From the NCBI GenBank assembly GCA_042217235.1, contig JBDGTB010000037.1:12544-76543 (forward strand): a DNA stretch of 64,000 bases, given 5' to 3'. Position numbers and translations under genes: made by a program. The notes beneath the pieces are model-generated. The model did not search any database and was not told where the DNA came from. It worked only from the letters and a program-made list of their open reading frames with translations. Origin of the DNA: Haloferacaceae archaeon (GTDB taxonomy: Archaea > Halobacteriota > Halobacteria > Halobacteriales > Haloferacaceae). Each line of letters opens with the position of its first letter. The stretch's first letter is position 1. Shown here piece by piece: positions 63,064 through 64,000 of the stretch.

Positions 63064-63204
63064 GGCCGGGGGTCGACGCGATCCGGTATAGGCGTGGCGG
63101 TGGCCCGAGCGGACGGAGGCGGCGAGGCGTGCGGTCGGCGGGGCGTGTGGTCGGCGGCGGGGGCGACGCCGGGCGGGACGGGACGGGGCGGGGCGGTTCG
63201 GGTG

Positions 63205-63873
63205 TCAGGCGTTCTGGGGGCCCTCCTCGAACGGCTGGACGACGACGAACCCCTCCGAGCCCTCGAACGCCAGCTGGTAGGTCTCGCCCGAGGACTGCCC
63301 GATCGAGTCCCGGAGGCTGCGGTCCGTGTTGATGCTCGGCGACTGGTCGCTGCTCCAGGCCACCGTCGCGGCCGGGTCGGTGCGCACGGGCGGCGTGAGC
63401 ACCAGCGGGTCGCCGTGGGTCGTGATGGCGACCGTGCCCGGACCGGAGAGGAAGACGTTCGTGAGCCCGGCGGCCGACGCGCCGGCCAGGCTGCCGATCG
63501 TGCCGATCTCGTACTCGACGCTGGACTCGAACGCGAGGACGTCGTCGCCGTTGACCGAGATCGACTCGCCCTCGTCGAGCGAGAGCAGCTGGATCTTCTT
63601 CTCCTGGTCGGCCACGTACAGGTGGCCCTGTCCCTCGACGGCCATCACCGGCGTCCCCTCGCTCGTGGCCTTGCTCTTGATGAAGCCGGTGAGGCCGCCC
63701 TCGGCCGAGGACTTCCCGGTGAACGTGAGCTCGCCCTCGTAGGCGACCATCGCGCCCGCCTTGGTGAGCACCGTCCCGTCGACGGCGATGTCGAGCAGCT
63801 TGTCGTTTTCCAGTTCGAACCGGTCGCGGTCGTCGGCCGGTGCGTTCGTCGAGACGAATTCGTCGAGGTCCAT
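63205..63873 (-). CDS. AIM24 (DUF124) family protein
   Basis: 222 aa beta-rich sequence with MVAYEGELTF...LSGPGTVAITTHG, typical of the family as I recall it. Confidence 0.7.
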   Translation of the reverse strand: MDLDEFVSTNAPADDRDRFELENDKLLDIAVDGTVLTKAGAMVAYEGELTFTGKSSAEGGLTGFIKSKATSEGTPVMAVEGQGHLYVADQEKKIQLLSLDEGESISVNGDDVLAFESSVEYEIGTIGSLAGASAAGLTNVFLSGPGTVAITTHGDPLVLTPPVRTDPAATVAWSSDQSPSINTDRSLRDSIGQSSGETYQLAFEGSEGFVVVQPFEEGPQNA

Positions 63874-63912
63874 GGGCGACTCGCCCGCACGTGCGACGGG
63901 GGGCCACTAATA

Positions 63913-63953
63913 GACGGGGGCGCTACAGGTTCATCGACGGGCGCTACAGGTTC
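63913..63953. repeat. roughly 20-bp tandem duplication spanning the stop codon of the partial SDR gene
   Basis: ggcgctacaggttc occurs at 63919-63932 and again at 63940-63953 (period 21). Confidence 0.75.
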
Positions 63954-64000
63954 GCGTTGCCCGACCCCCCGTCGATGACGATGGCCTGCCCGTTGATGTA
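63944..64000 (-). CDS. C-terminal end of an SDR-family oxidoreductase (gene continues beyond window)
   Basis: The reverse strand reads ...YINGQAIVIDGGSGNANL-stop, a typical SDR C-terminus. Confidence 0.55.
   Translation of the reverse strand, partial: YINGQAIVIDGGSGNANL

Overview
This window looks like a very GC-rich chromosomal segment from a haloarchaeon (class Halobacteria). The evidence is strongly acidic predicted proteins, G/C-ending codons, and TATA-like boxes about 27-29 nt upstream of many start codons, which suggests leaderless mRNAs. I support about 57 protein-coding genes. By eye I found no rRNA, tRNA, CRISPR array, transposase or integrase. Most long Arg/Pro/Gly-rich ORFs in the track are out-of-frame or antisense GC artefacts.

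Gene content, in order:
- 0-16 kb: a PAC2-like gene, a TPP-enzyme plus 2-hydroxyacid-dehydrogenase pair, kdgK, and mutL and mutS separated by a second dehydrogenase/TPP pair and tiny zinc-finger ORFs, then thiDN.
- 16-26 kb: a DsbA-like gene, a fused FAD/Fe-S oxidase, two enolase-superfamily genes with an HTH_10 regulator and an MFS transporter, and a four-domain rhodanese.
- 26-36 kb: a PrpB-like / LeuCD-like / PrpD-like cluster with a FAD oxidoreductase, an SDR and two tandem MFS genes.
- 36-41 kb: an alcohol dehydrogenase and a translationally coupled amidohydrolase-2 plus Rieske pair.
- 41-45 kb: an IclR - RdfA-like - SMC-like (Sph) module, with a second IclR paralog on the other side in inverted orientation.
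- 45-64 kb: a transporter-rich catabolic island. It holds two NicX/M29-fold paralogs, an enolase-superfamily epimerase-like gene, a CUT1-type ABC transporter, an amidase, a PhnA-like hydrolase, a CoA-transferase, a 3-hydroxyacyl-CoA dehydrogenase, and VOC, AIM24 and SDR genes.

Most interesting observations:
- The rdfA/sph module, its tight coupling to an IclR gene, and its inverted flanks.
- A shared CGTTCGA-N5-TCGAACG palindrome, plus hairpins and tandem repeats in the convergent spacer next to that module.
- A roughly 480-bp structured, lower-GC non-coding island at 26.3-26.8 kb.
- A methylcitrate-like cluster with no synthase gene.
- The unassigned catabolic island.
- Several conserved-looking zinc-finger ORFs too short for the ORF track.

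All family assignments come from motif recognition by eye and recalled family knowledge. No database search was run.
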